A stretch of DNA of 64,000 nt from Podarcis bocagei (Eukaryota). The stretch lies in assembly GCA_964188305.1 (NCBI GenBank), contig OZ076886.1. One strand, 5' to 3'. The notes beneath the pieces are model-generated. The model was given only the letters and a program-made list of their open reading frames with translations. It did not search any database and had not been told where the DNA came from. Both the position numbers and the translations under genes were made by a program. Below are positions 62,540 to 64,000 of the stretch, one piece after another. Position 1 is the stretch's first letter. Each line of letters opens with the position of its first letter.

Positions 62540-63049
62540 CCTCCCATAGGCATCTGGTTGGCCACTGTGAGAATAGGATGCCAGACTAGATGGCTATAGG
62601 GCTGATCCAGCAGGATTAGTTATGTTCTTAAGGATTCCAATTCCTTAACATAATTCCAATTCCAAACTGAGGGGATGAGCGTTAAAAAAAGCAAATGGGT
62701 TTTGATATGCAAGTATTGTAAAGGGATGCACATTACCAACCTCACCCCTCAAAATACATTTTGGGGAAGGTCTGAGCTGGTGGCATTGACTAGGAAAGAG
62801 ACCTTGGTGCTGTGGTGAGCTGTAGGTTGATGGACATGCTGACACAGTGTGCAGCAGGAAAATTCCAAGTTGGGAATAATTAAGAAAGGGATCTGAAATC
62901 AAACTGCCAATATTGTAATGCCCTAATACAAAATCTGTGGTGCATCCACACTTGATGTACAGTTGTGGCCAACGATGAAGAAAGTGGGATCCACCTGTCA
63001 CCAACCATTCTGAGCTTCTGGCAACCACAGCCAGGATTGTGTTGCAGAA

Positions 63050-64000
63050 TTGCAAAGCGGATTCTTTCCTGCAGACGTCGACGCGTTGTTTGTATATCGC
63101 ATGCAGTAGGGGGCGGGAGCGGGGAATCACAAGGTTAGCAAGGACCACGTGGGTGGCATTTAGCGGGGCGAAGGCTCAGGTGTGCTTAAAGAGCACGCCT
63201 ACGCTGGCGGGATGGAGGGTTGCAGCGCGTTGTAGAAGCGCCCTAAAGCTGGCGTCGTAGCCACGAGCTTCGGTAAGGAGGTGTAGGTGAAATGTACAAA
63301 GTGGGCTGTTGACACGGATCCAGCCTCAGGGATGCGGGTGGGCTGGGTGACCTCTGAGCACATTCCAGCTCTCAGCCATTCTGCCATTCGCCGTAGCTTG
63401 CCTTTGGCTTCGAAGCCATTCACAGTGCACTGCCTCTCCCCCTCGACGTCTCCCACCTGCCTCCCATATGCATTTATCCGTAGTTTGGGGGGTGGGGTGC
63501 AATTCTCCTTTTTACTTGCTTCGAAGCGGGCTGCCCCTACCCGCAAGCAGGGCCCCAGCCCGCTTTAGAGGGCCACTCGTCGGCATGCTCCTCTACCCGG
63601 ACCCGCTCCCGTTGCCGCCGCGCGCATTGTGACGGCACAGGCACCCCTGCTGCCTGCCTCCTCCAGCGTCGCCGCCCCCGCCCTCAATCCCGCCTTACGT
63701 AGGCTGGGCAGGCCGGCCGGCTGGCTGGCTACTGCCAACTTTCAAACAATGCGTGCATGGCGGGCTCCGCCCCGGCTGGGCGGAGACGAGGGCTGGGCTC
63801 CGAGCCCTCGGCCAACCCTCCGGAGGCGGCCCCGGCCGCGGGGAGCTGGGGGCCGCTGCTGACTCGCCGGGGCTGCTTCAGTGCCTGGTTCGGGGTTAAG
63901 CGCAGGGGAGACTCGCGAGCCCCAGCCGAGCCAGCGGAGCTGGCGGCGGCCCCCCCTCCCTCTCCGCCCCGGTCAATGGCCCCTCGGAGCGCCGCCGCGC
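63050..64000. promoter_or_regulatory. CpG island / probable promoter, continuing past the window end
   Basis: Abrupt rise in GC and CpG density in non-repetitive sequence. GC boxes at ~63109-63117, ~63765-63774 and 63961-63970. Confidence 0.85.

Noticed and set aside
62645-63862. ORFs of 77-167 aa around the CpG island
   Set aside because: No recognisable domains. Long frames are expected in GC-rich sequence, and several start at non-ATG codons.

Overview
Vertebrate genomic DNA, almost certainly from a squamate and probably a lacertid lizard. The call rests on its repeats: Sauria SINE (ACCTTT)n tails, a CORE-SINE with a (CTT)n tail, a BovB 3' end, and L2/CR1/L1 fragments. I could not identify any host protein-coding exon. 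The window reads as about 63 kb of TE-rich non-coding sequence ending in a CpG island or promoter (about 63050-64000) whose gene probably lies beyond the edge. Long ORFs in the track are explained by LINE remnants or GC-rich repeats. Four structures stand out. (1) A family of TA-flanked pogo/Tigger-like MITEs (7 copies, 2 subfamilies), in which the same terminal shell holds a ~1.3 kb array of nested hairpins in one copy and a telomere-like (TTAGCGG)n tract in another. (2) A CpG-rich hAT element nested in a SINE that carries a compact promoter-like motif set, including an exact Oct heptamer-octamer and a CArG box. (3) A BovB insertion whose 13-bp TSD also encloses ~137 bp of foreign sequence, probably a template-switch chimera. 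(4) Several nested insertions that give a local TE chronology. Family names come from recalled motifs, not database searches. Boundaries of old repeats are approximate.
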